NCBI GenBank assembly: GCA_020891255.1
Contig: BQFW01000007.1
Location: 2,294,001-2,358,000, forward strand
Source: Entomortierella parvispora E1425
Taxonomy: Eukaryota; Fungi; Mortierellomycota
Direction: 5' to 3'
Length of the DNA: 64,000 bases
The notes beneath the pieces are model-generated. The model saw only the letters and a list, made by a program, of their open reading frames with translations. It made no database searches and was not told the origin of the DNA. Each line of letters starts with the position of its first letter. Position 1 is the first letter of the stretch. Shown here in pieces: positions 13,699-27,000 of the stretch. The translations under genes and the position numbers were made by a program.

Positions 13699-16600
13699 AT
13701 GGACATGGACACGGACGACTTTGAGAGTTTTGAATTCATCGACTACACCGCCTCAGGTCCCTGGGAGCGCTTCATTGTCCAAATCGAAGACTGTCTAAAG
13801 CAATGGGGTCTAGTTCACAACAGCTTTGGTGTCTTCAACCCCAATGTGATGCCTAGTTCGAGCGAGACAAGTCTGGACCTTGACCGAGAGATTGCGCAGG
13901 CCATTGGCGATGATCACCATCGACATGCAGAGCCCAGGGCCATGGGTGTTAGAATGGACGCGACTCCGCCTTCTTTGTCTTCAAACACCGCAGCTGGCGC
14001 TGGCGAATCCAAGGTCTACCAGCACGAAGAGACCATCACGCTGGATGATGTTTCCTACCAACTTTGTTACCGCTACCATCCTGCAAAGGCTAGAATGGCC
14101 TCCGGGGTCGAGCATATTGATCTGGAGTTTCTGCCCTTGACTCTGGAGGGTATTCAGCACCATGAACTCCACCGCTGGACCTCTCTGACCCATATCCTGG
14201 TGCTCTCACCCTCCTCAACCTCAAACAAAAGCGGCACCAGTAGCAGCAACAACAATAACATCATCGATCTCGGGACGGCCAAACTGTTGTTGTCCTCGTT
14301 TGCCATCGCATTCCAAAACACGGGATGTAACATTCCCGTTTTTGTCCCGACAGGCCAGGCTCAAAGCAGGACCTACAACGGCCTCTCGATCCAGCCGCAG
14401 ACCTTTCAGCTGCAAGGGACCGAGTTTGGACTGGATGAAACGGCAGAAGATCAGGCCATTGAAGTACGGTATACGACGGTCTTGGTCCCATACCCACCGG
14501 CACAGTACAAAAACTTGAGTTTGTCCGGGATACTCGATCTCTTTATTGAGCGTATGGGCGTCGACCACGAGTCTATTCTCGACAGTCAGGACTTGGAAGG
14601 GGAGCCAGGAGGATATAGCCACTCGGTCAAGGAGCAGATATACTTGTCGGCCCTGTTCACGTATCAAATCGAGAACTGGTATGATGAGGACTGGCGGTAT
14701 GGGACAAGTGAGAGTCATAGGCTGCCAAAGAGGGCGGTGAATGCGCCGCCACGTTTACCCATCGGGCCGATGCAGGACCCTTTGATATGCCTGCAGCTGG
14801 TGGCTAGATTTGGTAAGGTTTTATACCTGATTTCTCGTTCCAGATTGACTACGACGCCATGGTGATGACAAGCAACTAATATGATCTGCACGTTTAGCCT
14901 CGGCGCCAAGTACGATGTACCTCTCCAACAAGACTCTGACAGACATGGATGCAACACAGGCCAATATTTGGAACATCAAAGCAACTTTCAAGACGGATGA
15001 GTACAGTCTGTTATGTGGAGCTCTCGAAGACGCCATCTCGTCCTGGAGCATGGAGGTAGCAGCACAAGTGGCAGTGGAGGAAAGTAAGAGAGCCAGCACC
15101 GAAAAGCAACGGCGTTCGTATACCTCACTGTTACGAAAAGGAGCGAGACTCATTCAAGGTTCGATCGCCATGGTAGACAACTCTGATGTGGAAAGCATCG
15201 TCAGTACCCTCTTTGAAGGGGAACCTTCACGGGATACCCCAGCGATTCTGAATCAACGGATGAGTCACGTACGCGAAATCGAATCATCACGCCGACTCAT
15301 ATCTGCAGCTGAACTAGGACTGCACCTACCACAGGCAACAGTAGTCCCATACAACTCATTACTATGGAGGATGTTGGAGCATCTGGTGGACGTTATTTCA
15401 CCAAACTCACACATCACCTATCCGACTTCGTTCATGGGCTTTATGAAGGCAGTATGGGCTGATGCCGTGAAGCAGATGGAGGAGCACTGGCGCAACCGAA
15501 GAATGATACCCCTGATCGATGTCTTTGGTGCGCCGCAGGAGAGCCGCCCTCCAGCGGACGACTCAATACTGAACGATCCGCTGATAGGAGACGTCGACAA
15601 GCAACCAAAAAATGCGTCCATTGACCTGCGATTCAACCTAATCCATCAGAAGCTGTGCATGGTCAACTGCTGTATAGTTCGGGAGTTGGATGCGAAAAAG
15701 AAGAAGAAAAAGCAAAAGCTTGCAAAGGACCAACATTCGAAAGAAAGGAAGGCACAGGGTGTTTCGTTGTCCGATGAATGTTCTCAAACGACGCTTGAAT
15801 CTGAGAAGATGGACGCTCCCTCACAGGAAATCACTCAGTCAGTCGATGAATCCATTAGCCATCCAATATCACGACCTGCATCGCCAACACCCCCATTGGA
15901 AGAAGTGATTGATCTCGACAAGGATGCGGACGTAGCGGTAGAGCCTAAAGTTGACTCACAAGCTCAGGATGCTGACGTATCAGAACCCCAAACATCAGAG
16001 ACCATCGACAACGGTACACTGAAAGATCTTCAAGGCCTGTCTCTTCTAGAGACCGGTGCTCAGCTAGTGGTCCCGCAGCTTCAAGTACGCAAAGATGTCA
16101 CCATTGTTAGATGGTTCAAGTAGGGTTACTCATCTCTATTTTATTTTGTAGGAACCTGGCATTATGACGGAAGACATGATCCAAGAACAAGAGCTTTTGT
16201 TTGAAGACTTGGGTTCAACACCTGACGGGGCCAAGACGAGAGCACAACTGCAGTCCGCCCATCTTGTGTCTGGTAGGATATCTATCCCAAAATATCGATC
16301 ATTGTGTTGTTACACGCGTCCGTTGCTCATTCTTGTTCAATCTCTAGATATGCAAGCGTTCAAGGCAGCAAATCCTGGTTGTATCCTTGGAGATTTCATT
16401 CGCTGGCACTCACCCAAGGACTGGGATGAGGTTCACAAGAAGATGAGTCCTCGAATGGCCGAAAGCGGGAACATGTGGCAAACACTATGGAATGTGAGTT
16501 TAATTGAAAAAAAAAAAATCATGGGTCGGATTCTAAATTGCGGTCCCAACTCATCTTGGACAACACGTTTCAATTGACAGGCAGCGGAAGCTCTTCCAGC

Positions 16601-17556
16601 GAGCCAACAACCGCCCCTGTTTGACAATAAGGGGGAAGCTGAGGCTGCGCTGGCTTTCCTTAAGCAGCTGCCGGCAGATCGACTCTTTGCCCAGTAAGGA
16701 CCACATGGACTTAGCCTTGGGTCTGCCTCTGATTTCGGAACTTTTTAATCCCTGACTCTGAGATATTTCCACCGAAAACAACATAGGCTGCTTCCGACTC
16801 TTGTCCTCTTGTCCTACGACACGCTTGTGTCCCATCCAGTGGCTGCGATTAATCGACAAGTAGTAAAAGGGCTTCAAGAGCTTGCCCAAGACTTGACCGA
16901 TTTCCCTTGGGCACATCTCATCTCGGAGGGGAAGGAGCTAGATGTAAAACCTATCCTAGAGAGGTTTCGCCAAGTCGAGTCGACAATGGGCAAGGTTATG
17001 GCCCTGGTGCGCAAGGTAGCGTATATATGAATTTCGAGAGGCGAACAAGTAGGGCGTCATCCATGATCCTCGACAATAACGTAAAATTGTACCCCTTGTT
17101 AGTTCCCGGACCAATTCGACCTGGTGGAGAGGATAGTAGATGGCGTAGAGTCGGTTGTCGACGATGGGCCTGAGCGTACCTGCGTGCAGGATCTGTTCTC
17201 CGTCGGGGGTAAGTGGATCGGGCGTCATTGCACATAGTGATTTGCCCCATCTAACACTGAGACGCTCACCACATTTATGATTTCTTTTTGTTTCCCTAGG
17301 GTTCTTGGAGTCGACTTTTCCAAAACCAAGCTGCCGTGAGTTTGTGATGGAGACTTTTGATCCAATGGCCTCGTCAACGACGTTGGCGGCCCCTGCTTCA
17401 GTCTCAGACTTGACTGTGGGCACAGGGGCATTTATTTCGTCTGGTCAGAGCTCGGGATGGCACGCCCGACCACTTCAGAGGCGAATGTACAGCTGCTTCA
17501 AGGACTCTGAAGTCCGAATTGTCGAAGCGATTGCCAAAGACGGCATGTTCATGTAG
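13699..17556 (+). CDS. RAB3GAP1: Rab3 GTPase-activating protein catalytic subunit homolog
   Basis: N-terminal FIDYTASGPWERFIVQIEDCLKQWGL, catalytic-domain DMQAFKAANPGCILGDFIRWHSPKDW and C-terminal REFVM...RRMYS match hallmark RAB3GAP1 segments. Confidence 0.9.
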
Positions 17557-18827
17557 AGAGGTGGTGAGAGATGGAAGGAAAAAGAATAAAGACAAAAACA
17601 ATTTAATCTTGGCCAATAGGAAGTTGCCGGGAAGGAGCGTGTGCCTTGTGTGACGGAGGGGAGGCAACTTAAACAACGCACGGCCGAGCGTCCTGGGAAA
17701 GCGTCGTCGAGGGCTGCTCTCGACGGCTCATTTGTTTGCTACGCACACAAACGTTGGCTCGTGAAGATTGGGAGCAAAGTACATAAGGAAGGAGAGGAGA
17801 AGAGAAGGGGGTGGGAGAGTGGAGGAGAAAAGAGAGACAACAGAGAAGAAAAGTGGTGCCACCATCGACTCACCTCAGCAAAGATGTGTGCAGACCAAAA
17901 AAAAAAAAAAAAAAAAAAATTGAGGGATTTTGCCTTTGGCCATTCTGCTGGGTGGACTGCTGGACTGTGTGAGAAGGAAAAAGAAAAAAGGAAAAATAAA
18001 AATTGAACTGGCGCCCTGACCATGCCGGGGACTGAATCCATCGATGGGGCCATCATGGCGTGCTATTGCTGGTGGGGTGCAAAAATAACCGTGAAAGAAT
18101 ACCCCGATGATGAGATAGATTGGGAGCGGGGCTTGATCCTGCCCCTTTGCTCCCCCCCTCTCTGGGGCGTGCTCATGCGCTGTGTGTCTGTGATCGCCCG
18201 TCGTCATTGGGTGCTCCTGGCTGACCTTTTTTTTTTTTTGTCGATTTTTCATTCTCCTCTCGCTCTGCCGCTGGGCAGGAAACCACTCCACTTGTGGCAG
18301 GCCGACAGGCCAAAGGTCAGAGAGACCAACGGACAGGCAGGACAGGACAGGACAGGAGAGGACGACAGGCAGACAGACAGAGTATCAGAGAGATACGAGG
18401 CACAAGCGTGGGAGAGTAACAGAAGGTCCATCCCCTTTCAGCATCCGTTTGTGGATGGTGTGCCAACGCTGTGGGAGACCACTTTCTTTTTCCCTTGTGT
18501 TCCTTTTTTGTTTCCCCTCCGTCGTTCCTTCATTACTTCATTGCACTCACCCACTCACCCACTCACTCACTCATCACTCTCCATCGCCCGATCCCTTCCT
18601 CTTCTCCTACCTCATCCGTCTCATTCCACCCTACATCCATCCTTCTCTTTTGGATTGCATTCGATTCATTCGCAGCGTCTTTCAAACTCATTCTGATCGG
18701 GTCTATTGATTCATCCTTGTCGAGCCTACTCGACTGGTCGCAGACTCTCTTTCATCCCAGCCTCCTGTTTATTTCCTTCTGTTGACGTTCTACTTTGCTG
18801 GCCATCCTTTGCTCTTCTTCGTCCTGA

Positions 18828-21427
18828 ATGCCGAGTACCCTTCCCCATCCTATGGCCCCAGCACCCATCCTACCTCAAAAATCTGTAGCCATCATGTCTG
18901 CACACAACCACAACCAGGGCCATCACAGCCAGCACCCTACTCACCCTAACCAACCGAACCAACAGAGTCAGCACCAGCATCACCCCAATGACCATCCTCA
19001 CTCGTACAACCAGCAGCACAACAACCACCAGCAGGTGAAGCATGAGCCAATGGATCTCTCGTTGCCGCAGCAGCTTGACAATGCCCTTCGCATCCACAAC
19101 CAGTATCCATCGCAATATCAGCGCCAGTACCAGCCCATGGAGCATCAGCAGCAACAGCAACAGCAGGGCCATCAACAGCAACAACACCGGGAGCAAGAGC
19201 AACGATCTTACCGTGGTCATCGCCGGTTCAATGGAAACGATGACGAGGATGAGGATGAACTGGAGGACGACGACGATGATCTCGATGAGGAAGAGCTGCA
19301 GTCCTCCAGATTCCACAGCGCCTACAACACTGCCTACAACACGGCGTACAACAGCGCGTACAACAGCTGCGATGAAGGAGACGATGTCAACATGGAGGGT
19401 GTCTCTCTCAAAGAGGAGGACCAGGACATGTCTGAACCCACGTCAGCATCGACTGGCCCATCTCCCTTCTCTTTCCATCCCCCAAGCAACTCGACTCCAT
19501 CTCAGCAGCACCGGCAACATGCCCCCCACCCTCCTATTGCCTCATCGTCCTCATCTGCTTCTTCAACAGCCGCGGCCACGCCTGTTACTTCTCCCTCGAC
19601 CTCCTCCATGAAGAAAACAGGCACCGCTCCCGCTGCTTCTACCACCGCCAATGTGCCAATCAAGCCCCGCCCTCTCCGCCCCATCCTCCCTTCCCGTCCC
19701 ACGAGTCCGCAGCCAATGATCCAGGCACGGTCTGGAGCTTCTACAGCCAACGGCAGCAGCACCGATCCCAACGCGGCCGCGGGCCCACAGAAAACTCTGT
19801 TTGGTAGCACAAGCACCACGAGCGCAAACAACACGACGGGCAAGACGCGTTCGTCAGCGTACAAGATCAACGGTCTCAACATCCTCAACCGCAACAGTCT
19901 TGACAGTCGCACTGCCCTCGAGATGATCCGTCGTCGTCGCGAGAACCACAACCATGTCGAGCGTCGTCGACGAGACACGCTCAACTCGACTATTCTCCAG
20001 ATTGCAGAGATCCTCCCCAACTGCTCTTCGACTGCCAAACTCAATAAGGGAACGATTCTTCGTCTTGCACTGGACCATCTTCGGGTACGTTTTACCCTGT
20101 GCTCTTTGTTGCCTTTCCTTTACAGAGTTCCTTGAACACGATTGCTTATCTGTCCTCTTTTCTTTTGTTCTCATAGACCCTTCATACCGAGAACCATTCT
20201 CTTCGATCTGAGAATGCTGCACTGCGGTTCTTTTATCAGGGTGCTCAGATGCGTCGCAATGGTCCTCCTTCCGCTGCTGCGACAGGCCCAACCATGGGTA
20301 ACAACCCAACACAACCCCCAGCTGCCTTCTTTCCTCCTCCTCCCCCTGCGTCAGTCCCCCATGCCCACGCACAACCAACGTCTGGACCCTCCCCCCATGC
20401 CTCCCGAGGACCCTCTTTCTCGTCTTCATCGTCCTCGTCCACTCCAAGCGGAATGAATACTCCCTCGATCGTGCCAATTTCTGGTCAAGGTCCCTTCTCT
20501 TCAAGTGCTTCTCGACCAGGCTCGGCAGCGAACAGCCCTCCAAGTCAACATTTGCCCCACCCTGCCCACAGTGTCAAGCGATCCATGTCGGCAAGTGGCC
20601 ATCTGCAGCCCATCCTGCCCAAAGGCCAGTCCTCGTCCTTGAGGGTGTCTCCCTCCTCTAGCCCAAGGCAACACCCACATCAGCGCATGCCACCACATGC
20701 AAGCCCAAGTGGCCTGAAGCCTTTCAGCGACGCCATCCGGCTGGGTCCCTCCCCATTATCAAGCCCGTGCTCTTCGCCATCCTTGGGACCATCGGCCTCC
20801 ATGCCATCGTCTATGGCGTCGGCACCTAATGCCCTCCATGCGCTTGCCAGTGCACTCCCCACTGTTCCTGCAAGCCACCAGCACTCGGCTGCGGTTGCTG
20901 CAGCCGCGCAGGCAGCAGCGAGTCGATCTGGCGGTAGCAGCCACGCTGCACGCCACCAAAAGAGTCACAGCGGAGGAAGTAGCTCGGCGGATACCAGCTC
21001 CGCCTCGTCCGTTACCTCTGAAGCTGCCTCTGGCCCTGCCATGTTGCACCACCATCATCACCATCATCACCATCACCATCATCCTCAACAACCACAGCCT
21101 ATACAGGGACACAACCTTCCAATCCACCCACTTGGCGCTAGTCACGGCTCGCACCAAAGTTCAGGAACAAGGCTCCCTTCTCTTGGATCCTTGACAGCGC
21201 CTTCAACACCCCTCACCTCGCCTCGTCAAGGAGCTGGTGGACGCTCTCAAGGAGGCCTCCCATTGCCCCCACCACTGAGTTTGCCTGGACCGGCTGAGGT
21301 CTTTGGAATTCGCCAGAACCCGGCAGCGCCAGGAGGACAACCGCAACAGAATGGCCTTGGCTTGGGCCGCTTGCACCCCCGTGAGAGCTTCAACAATCCC
21401 ACATTACCACCCTTGGCACCTCGCTAG
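18828..21427 (+). CDS. bHLH(-zip) transcription factor, E-box (CACGTG) class, USF/TFE/Cbf1/Rtg3-like
   Basis: RRRRENHNHVERRRRDTLNSTILQIAEILP...KLNKGTILRLALDHLR, then an intron, then TLHTENHSLRSENAALR. Flanks are Q/H/S/P low-complexity, with an AYN(T/S)x4 repeat and poly-His. Confidence 0.9.
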
Positions 21428-21692
21428 GAAAAAGATCGATCTTCCTTCCTTCTTATACCATTTTTTGATTTTTATATTCTTTTCTTTTTTTTTGCATCCT
21501 GCATTCGCATATCTCTTCATTGACACGTATGATCCCAACCATCCAACACTTTATGCCTTTAACCAAATGTACCATCAAAATAAACCAATGTTTTCCCGTT
21601 TACATAGGCCTGTCCTTAGCGAATATTCCGTTCGCACTTTTCTTCGTGATATCAAAAAACGGTACAAAAAGGCCTACAATTACTCAGAGTCC

Positions 21693-21921
21693 AAGCTCGA
21701 TACTTGGCCATTCCCTAACCAGTCAGGTGATTGGGGGATTTCGATGCATTCAGTTTTGCATTTTGCTTAGCCATTACTTAAAGGCTAAGCTCGATGCTTA
21801 GCCATTAACTAACCAGTCAGGTGATTGGGGATTTCGATGCATTCAGTTTTGCATTTTGCTTAGCCATTACTTAAAGGCTAAGCTCGATACTTAGCCATTA
21901 ACTAACCAGTCGGGTGATTGG
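21693..21921. repeat. ~93-94-bp tandem repeat, ~2.4 copies, with internal inverted repeats
   Basis: TAACCAGTCRGGTGATTGGG recurs at 21716, 21810 and 21903. The unit contains GCTTAGCC-N10-GGCTAAGC and GGCTAAGC-N5-RCTTAGCC. Confidence 0.92.
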
Positions 21922-21924
21922 GTT

Positions 21925-23283
21925 TTATTTCATCCTGTCCACAAATATCGTGAATTGGCGCATTAAGTTCTTTTTCTGTGTTCTGAATTTGGTTCTCTTT
22001 CGCTCAAACTTGGCCCGCTCGAGCCTCAGTCTATCTCTTTCCTTGGCCATCTCCTCTTGGGCTATTTGTTTATCCTCCAAGATCTCCATGCGTGCACGCT
22101 GACGCTCATCTGCCATCTCGGCACGGTGCTGCCTTCGTTCCTCTGTCATGTCCTCGTTCAATCGCTGGCGCTTTTCCTCCACCTCTTCCTCCCATTCTTC
22201 CCTTGCCTCCTTCTCTCGCTTGAGCAAGGTATCGATAAACGCAAGCGCCTTCCATTCTGCTTCCTTTGTCATTTCAACGGTTGTTTTAGACCTCGGTGAC
22301 GGTAGCCGATAACGAGTCGTATCCTCAGATTTTTCTAAAACTAAAAGGTGAATAATAATGAACAAAAGGGAACAATCGCGTTGGTAAAGGGTGCAGGCAA
22401 CTTTCTTACCTGCACCATTATTGACAACAGGTTCCTTCTTCAAACTTGTAGAGTCTGTGGCAGCCTTCCTGGACGATCGAGGAGGAGGGAGTTCAAAGAA
22501 CGGCTTGGAGGTGAAGAGCTGGAGCGAGCGATTAATAGGTCTTGGTTCGAAAACACGGTGCAAGAGCTCAAAGGGCGGACAATGCTGTTCCTGCCGATCC
22601 AGGAGTTGACGACTGGGACCAGTGGATGTCATGGCGGTCGCCTCGAGGTATTTCATTCTAACATAGCAAACCAATGATTTGACACGAAGGGGAGTGATGT
22701 TGACGCCTAGCGTGTCTTGAAGCCAGTCTGTCAGTTCTAGATAAAAGTCCTTGAGTCGAAACCCTTCCACAGATGAAGGGTAGTTCAGGCGACTTGACTT
22801 GTCAGGATGGGATATCCATTTGAGAATGGCCATCATCTCACTCGACGTCCAGATATCCGGCTCCCTGTCCATGTGGTTGACCACTGTAAAGTCAAGCTCA
22901 TCATCGTCCGAGAGACCCACATCGTCGTCCTCCTCTGCGACTGTTTTGTTCTGAACTGGAGGCGGCAAGGTGGACGACTGTGTCGATCGCAGTTGTCGAC
23001 TGGATGAACTGAGGGCTTTCTTGTTTTGTGGCCGAAGAACTGGTGTGGTCGTCACGGTAGTAGCTGTCTGACTTTTCTTCATCGGATGGTGGACTGCAAT
23101 GTCGTGTGGGTGAATCGAATAAAATAAATGCGACAACAGAGCGATTAGAACCGTTGAGTTCGGGATGTAATGAGGTTGAATTGGGTACTGTGCCTCTCGT
23201 TGCTGATGTTGCTGATGGTGATGGTAGTCTAGTTGAGTGGGAAGAAACGGAGAGAAGGAAGAGTTCGTGGCCTGTGGAACCAT
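21925..23283 (-). CDS. Myb/SANT-like (trihelix-type) DNA-binding protein with C-terminal coiled coil; start uncertain (23388, 23283 or 23082)
   Basis: WTSSEMMAILKWI...KDFYLELTDWL...VKSLVCYVRMKYLEA...CPPFELLHRVF, followed by an E/R/K-rich coiled coil. GTAAGA..TTTTAG intron at 22409-22341. Confidence 0.6.
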   Translation of the reverse strand: MVPQATNSSFSPFLPTQLDYHHHQQHQQREAQYPIQPHYIPNSTVLIALLSHLFYSIHPHDIAVHHPMKKSQTATTVTTTPVLRPQNKKALSSSSRQLRSTQSSTLPPPVQNKTVAEEDDDVGLSDDDELDFTVVNHMDREPDIWTSSEMMAILKWISHPDKSSRLNYPSSVEGFRLKDFYLELTDWLQDTLGVNITPLRVKSLVCYVRMKYLEATAMTSTGPSRQLLDRQEQHCPPFELLHRVFEPRPINRSLQLFTSKPFFELPPPRSSRKAATDSTSLKKEPVVNNGAGKKVACTLYQRDCSLLFIIIHLLVLEKSEDTTRYRLPSPRSKTTVEMTKEAEWKALAFIDTLLKREKEAREEWEEEVEEKRQRLNEDMTEERRQHRAEMADERQRARMEILEDKQIAQEEMAKERDRLRLERAKFERKRTKFRTQKKNLMRQFTIFVDRMK

Positions 23284-24051
23284 GTGCTCCCGAAGGAAAG
23301 GGACCACTATTGGAGCTCCGACAAGTTTGCCTGTAGTCAATGGGATTCTATGGGTGTGCTCAATGAACCCCTGGTCACCAACATGCATCGGACTGGACAA
23401 AGCCGATGAAGAAAGCAATGATGGGAGAAGAAAGAAAAGGAATGAAAGTCAACTTGATGCAAATAAGCATGAAAGTCTGTTTTCAGGAACAGCTTCGCCC
23501 AAGGGGCTTTTCTGGAGGGATATCAAGTCTATGCCCATTGGTCAATGGAGTTCTGTCGTCATGGAAAAGGATCTCGGAGAAAAGACAGATCAATCTGCCC
23601 TGTGCGAGCCTTTTGCCTCGCCCACATGGTTATTCACCCCGGACGCAATGGAGGGCAGGGCTACTGCAGATTCGATCGGGCAGCCGGCTCTTCTGTCCTG
23701 AATGCCTTCCTGTCAAGTTCTTTGTGTAATATCGGTCATCATTCCTTCCATTCTCTTTATGAGAGAGAGAGACAAAGATCGTTGTGGTTTGCCAATTATA
23801 ACAAGACACAACCATTGCAGACAGGTAACAAAACAACCCCAGACTCGCCCGCACAAAGAGACTGGTATAAAAAGGTTATTTGCCTGTCATAATCCGATTT
23901 CATCTCTTTCTTCGCCATCCACCCCCCGGGACCTTTTTGGCTCCTCATCCTAGGCACTGCTTCACTGCCTACTGGGCCCACTCGCTCGTTCTCTTGTCAA
24001 CTCTTTTGCAAAATCACAAAGACACTTGCCCAAAAAAACACTCCACATCTC

Positions 24052-27000
24052 ATGAGCCACAACAATACCTTCTTCAAATCATCACGCTCGACTCAGGCAA
24101 GACAGGGAGGTCAACCTGGTCCTTCTGGGTCTGGGACCTCAGCCATGGCGACCCCCAGCACGACAAGAACGACTTTGAGACACCAAGAAAGAGGGTACAA
24201 CCCTCAAACAGACAAGGAAAAGGGAAAACATCAGCTTTTGGATTCGAGTGAGGATGACCCTGAAGAAGATGAGCCTCTTGTGGAAACCTCGACTCACATC
24301 GTAGTGGAGCACCATCGCACAGGAACTGTGAAGACCCATGTCTTTTCCTCAAAGGATGGCCGCCCTTCCATGCTCGGGCATGCTATCCCAATGACAAACA
24401 ATAGTAACATAATGTAAAGTCATTTCGCTTTTTTTTTTTTTTTTGGTTTCTTGTTGTGGATATTCTCATGCTGCAGCATACAAATGCAGATGCCTATTTC
24501 AAGAATTAACGTCATTTGTGGCTATCACATATAGCGAGGGCCAGCTGCTGGACAGCAAGATTGAGACTATGAACGACCTTTTCCAGGAATCTCTTCGGGC
24601 AGGAACCAAGGAGTCTTTGAGGGCTGTGAAGGAAGCTCTTCGAGAGAACGAAGACCGTCGATCCTGCCGTCATATGGTACAAGCCACAGAGGCCTTGGAT
24701 GTCCAGATCCGAGAGGAAGTTGTTCCGAAACTGAATTCGATCGCAAAGCTGCTGGAGGACAATATCGCGGGGACTGGACGGGAATCACCTTCATCCGTCA
24801 AGACAACTTCGAGCAGTATGGAACATATGGACACGCGATTGGATGCCAATTGTGCTGGCGGGGAATCGAGCTGCGCAAAGAGTCACCGAGGAGACTGTGG
24901 ACCTTCTGTGGTAGGCACTGGCGCGTCCGGATCTGCTCCCGCAATCAGCGATCCGTTGGTAATGGAAAAGTTGACAAAGATCGAGGACAGGATAGAGACT
25001 ATGTACAAGGTTGTTATTGATGGGGACGTTCCCCCTTTGCCTGTTTTGGGTACCGATGGAAAAGAGGACGCCTCTCCTGTCGCAGTGGATCCCAGCACTT
25101 CAGCCCCCGAGGTGGACCCCGTCATGATAGCCAAGCTGGAGGAAATGCGCCGTGAAATGTTGACATTCCCCGACACGCTTCAACAGACCCACGAAAGGAT
25201 GGGGGAGCTTATTCAAGCCCTGCTCAGCAACCAGCAACCACATTCCGAGAGGAGTGACGCTGACACGGGAAAGACAGCGAGTAACGCAGAGGAGGCAACA
25301 CGTGTACAGGATGAAGAAGCTTGGAGAGAGTATACGCGAAGCATGCACCAAAGTCAGTATGCACTCGTTTTGGACTTGGGCTCAAAACTGGACGCGACGT
25401 CGAAATCCAACAAGTACGCGCTCAAGACCTTCCTTCGTAAGTTCAGCTGCGTGCTTGCTCTCTGTTTGGTACAGATTGGGTCTCCTCTAAAGCGTATCTC
25501 CTTTATCTCCATAGATTTCATGTTGATGACCCACAATCAAGCCAAGGGGATGAATGAAAAGGTGGATAGTGCACTCAAGGAGATGCTGGACCGGCCTCAA
25601 GCTGATCTCCACTTTCGCACAGAGTTCTCAGAGGCCCTGGGTGCCATGCGAGCAGACCTTCAGAGGATCTTGCACGAGCTCCCAACTGCTATCACAGACG
25701 CGCTGGAAAAAATTCGTGAGCAAGAGATGACAGACTCCCGCGCTCAGGACGTGACGCGTCCTTTTGGAGAGCCCACTCCTTCCGTCATCTCTAGTGGGGT
25801 CGATGCCAACTCTTCAGCTCTACAGATTGCTGATCAAGGACAACAATTATTAGAGACCGAGTTGCCAGCATTGCCCGCTGGGCCACTTACTGCTACTGGA
25901 CAAACAGAGCTTTCACGAGAGAGCGTTGTTAACCCTCTGCCTGGATCGTCGAGCGAGACTGATCCAGTGGTGGCTCCTTTGACAACATCTCCGGTAGAGC
26001 ATCTGGTCACAGTTGTGGAAAGTCTTCAAGCCAACATTGTCTCCCTGATGCAAAGGTTCTCTGAGATCCCAGTCTGGATCCACCCAGACCAACCTATAGC
26101 AGCAGTCGAGGAAGCCACCCCTGGCGATAAAACTGAGGTCGAGAGGGAGCTGCCGCCTGTCCCCCCTCGAGAGACACCCATGGAACGTCAAGCACGAATG
26201 CTTCTCAAGGCAGCTGAGGCCGCTGCTGATTCGAAACGTGCAGCAGATTCTGTTACGAGTGATGGAGAGCCTGCAAGCCGATCCATATCTGGAGCCGAGC
26301 CGCCTGTGACCTCCGAAAGCAAGGATGCCGCCAAGGAAACGTCTTCAAAAGAGGAGGTGTTGGAAAGCAAAGGCAAAGAAACTCAAGACGAAGCCTCTAA
26401 CGACACATCACCACCAGCAGCAACACCGGTCCCAAACTTTCTCAAGGAACTAAACGCCATGAGCAAGACCTTGGGCGAACTTGTGGAAGCCGTTGCTTCC
26501 ACCACTTCAAAGCTGGCGGAGGGTCAGTCCGCAGTGCAGCAGGCATTGATGACAGAAATCCAAAAGGTGATGCACACTCTCAAACCACCGGTGACCGAGG
26601 AAGAAAGAGAGAAACTGGCTCAGGAAGAGTTTCAACAAAGGGCGGCTCAGGTCGAAGCAGACGAGAAGAAACGAGTCGAGGACAAGAAGAACGCAGCTCT
26701 TGCAGAGGAGAGAGCAATTGAGGAGGCCAAAAAGAAGAGTATTGCCGAGGAGGCTTCTCAGAAAACGGCGCACGAGAGGACAGAGGCATTGACTCAAATT
26801 GCCCTGGTGCCACAGCTATTCGGCTCTGTCGAGACCATGGGATTCATGGTCGGAGGCAAGGTGGACGACGTTAGAAGCAGGGTAGATGCGATTGGAACGC
26901 AGCTCTCTCTTGGACTCGGCACAACAGAGCAGGCTCTTTTGACGATCCAGCAAAAAGTGAGCGAGATCTCCACCGGCACGACGAACGAGTCTGCTATGAT

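Noticed and set aside
22341-25514. Stop-free introns of length 3n (69 nt at 22409-22341; 78 nt at 25437-25514)
   Set aside because: One third of introns are 3n by chance, and there is no evidence of regulated retention.
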